From NCBI RefSeq assembly GCF_052425735.1, contig NC_135758.1:36580001-36644000 (forward strand): DNA of 64,000 nt, in the 5' to 3' direction. This document shows, in pieces, positions 62,301 through 64,000 of the stretch. The notes under the pieces were generated by a model. That model saw only the letters and a list, made by a program, of their open reading frames with translations. It did not search any database and was not told where the DNA came from. The translations under genes were made by a program, and so were the position numbers. How positions within the stretch are numbered: the first letter of the stretch is position 1; each line of letters starts with the position of its first letter. The DNA is from Oculina patagonica (taxonomy: Eukaryota).

Positions 62301-63230
62301 ACAGGTTGTAAGTACCTGGATTTATGAACTCTTGGTACAGCTAGAGTTTGTAAAATTCCGAATGATGTGAAAAGCCAGGTTCTGGACTAGGCTTTTGTTT
62401 AAACCAAGCTAATCACTGCCTTTATGATCATTTAAAAGTAAAGGTGCTAATGTACAGAGGGACTTGTGATTTTGCCCCTGTGACATGTCCCAGTAAAATG
62501 ACCCCTACCGTGTCACAGTCAGCACCTCAGTATACCAGAAGTGTTGGACTGCTTATACTCTGTGCAACAGAAAAACCAGCCTGCAGAGAATGGTATCTGG
62601 TACCCAGTATACATGTATGACACCCTTTGGATCAGAAAAAGAGTCCATTAACTAAAGGAGATGTGTCCATATATGTGGGAGGTTAAAAAATGAAGTGATT
62701 GTCTACTTACACACAGAAGATGTTTAAGGCTTTCAATATGATGTGGAATAGGTGTTGTGCTTGTGCAGCACCCATCAGAGAGCAATACAAGAAGTTGGAA
62801 ATGTCCCCCTTTATGGGGAACTGTATGCATTTTTGCTGGTAATTTATGACAGAATACCTTCTTGTGCTCTGGCTGTTGGTGGATCTTATTGAAAGCCCTG
62901 CATTCATAATGTGTCTGCCTACAGAGGCTAGGACTGTCTGTTAACAGGGACTTCACTATCACAGTCACTTTCTGTTTTTTCTGACCTTAGATGTGAAAAC
63001 CCTGAAGGAAATAAACATTGCATTTCTTCCATACGAGTCTCAGGTATGCAATATCATGAAGATGTTTCCTTTCTCACAGAACTGATATACTGTGGTATAA
63101 TATTGTGTGAATATTACGTAACAGATTGGTGGTGATGTTATAGGTTTTCTCTTTGGACACTCCCAAAGCATTTCACAGCTTCTATGGCCCAGAGCCATCA
63201 GACCAAGCCCAGCGTTTCCAGTATTCTGAG
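59310..63230 (+). CDS. STXBP1: Syntaxin-binding protein 1 (Munc18/Sec1 family), 5' part; exons 59310-59337, 59416-59465, 59591-59672, 61473-61549, 61778-61853, 62180-62224, 62991-63043, 63144-63230; continues beyond the window
   Basis: Spliced translation [76 protein letters not shown]...AHVFFTEVCPD...KTLKEINIAFLPYESQVFSLD; all introns GT-AG and in phase. Confidence 0.95.
59704..59940. mobile_element. MITE with 3-bp AAT duplication in STXBP1 intron 3
   Basis: TIRs GGGACATTCCATTTTTTATCCGCACCCCCCCTAAGGATG and CATCCTTAGGGGGGGTGCGGATAAAAAATGGAACGTCCC; AAT on both flanks. Confidence 0.8.
60367..60806. mobile_element. MITE in STXBP1 intron 3
   Basis: TGTATCAGTCA...TTCCAAGC and GCTTGGAATTGACTGATACA. 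Confidence 0.65.
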
Positions 63231-63758
63231 GTACATGCAATGTTGTTTCAAGCTACATGTAATTTCATTGCAGAGGTTTTCATACATGTTAATCACTTGC
63301 TGTCCTATATGTTGCAAACTTAAAAATCATTGTTAATTGTCTTTGCACAAATTGTGATACATGTACAAGTTGTTTCACATGCACATCACTTAAAGTAAAG
63401 TGCCATTTTCTTGTCAGCACATTTTGTGTGTGATGTTTCGTGTTTGTTTTTGTTATTGTTTTGTTTACTTCAGAGTGATTCCAGGGGCATTCAGCTTAAA
63501 ACATTTTCAACTGCGAGTGCACTGGAATCACATTTAGAGGTACAAAGTTAAATTGCTGCTATAAATAAAAAATTTATTTTAGCTTCCATTCTGTTTGTTA
63601 CCACTTCTAAAAGCAGATTTATAATGTGGAACCTGTACCAGCAACATGTAACCTAGTTTTGCAGTGATTTCTAATCTGTTGACAGACGTTTTTGATGAAT
63701 GAAAGGTTTCAAACAAGCAAAAATCATTTCAACCAACTGTCCATACCTGTAACATTTA

Positions 63759-63934
63759 GGCCGTGTTCACACTTAGTGCCTGAACACTGGTACCTGATCC
63801 CGGCAAAAAATAGCACTGTGTTCAGATGCAGAAAACCAAATACCCCCGCCAAAGTACCGAATTAAGGTGTGGGTACTTGAAAAAAAAGCATACATGTTCA
63901 CATTACTGCCAAGGCACCAAGTGTGAACACAGTC
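63759..63934. mobile_element. Harbinger-like MITE
   Basis: GGCCGTGTTCACACTT and AAGTGTGAACACAGTC. Confidence 0.6.
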
Positions 63935-64000
63935 TTACATTTTGTAGCACTTTTAGACCCAAATAATAAGGTAAAGTAGCAGAACAAAGTTGCCTTTACT

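Overview
AT-rich, intron-containing animal genomic DNA; gene content and repeat types suggest an anthozoan cnidarian such as a stony coral (inference). Host genes: two intronless class A GPCRs (2472-3896, broken by two compensating frameshifts, and 9831-10844); a minus-strand coiled-coil protein with CCDC190-like ends (14743-15621); a 9-exon TMEM115 (18208-30490); a two-exon SNAG plus 8 C2H2 zinc-finger repressor of Gfi1/Fezf type (46081-51251); a secreted PRSS23/35-like protease (56274-57408); and the first 8 coding exons of STXBP1/Munc18 (59310-63230, continuing past the window). The most notable element is a near-intact non-LTR retrotransposon (about 33188-36868) with a CRE-type RT and REL endonuclease plus an N-terminal domain resembling that of R4/Dong elements, lying inside an (ATT)n microsatellite. 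Also present: an old inverted duplication with roughly 0.9 kb arms upstream of the zinc-finger gene, many nested MITEs, tRNA-derived repeats, a 5'-inverted LINE fragment and a foldback palindrome. Several frame breaks fall in homopolymers, so assembly error is a real possibility. All homology calls are from recalled motifs, not database searches.
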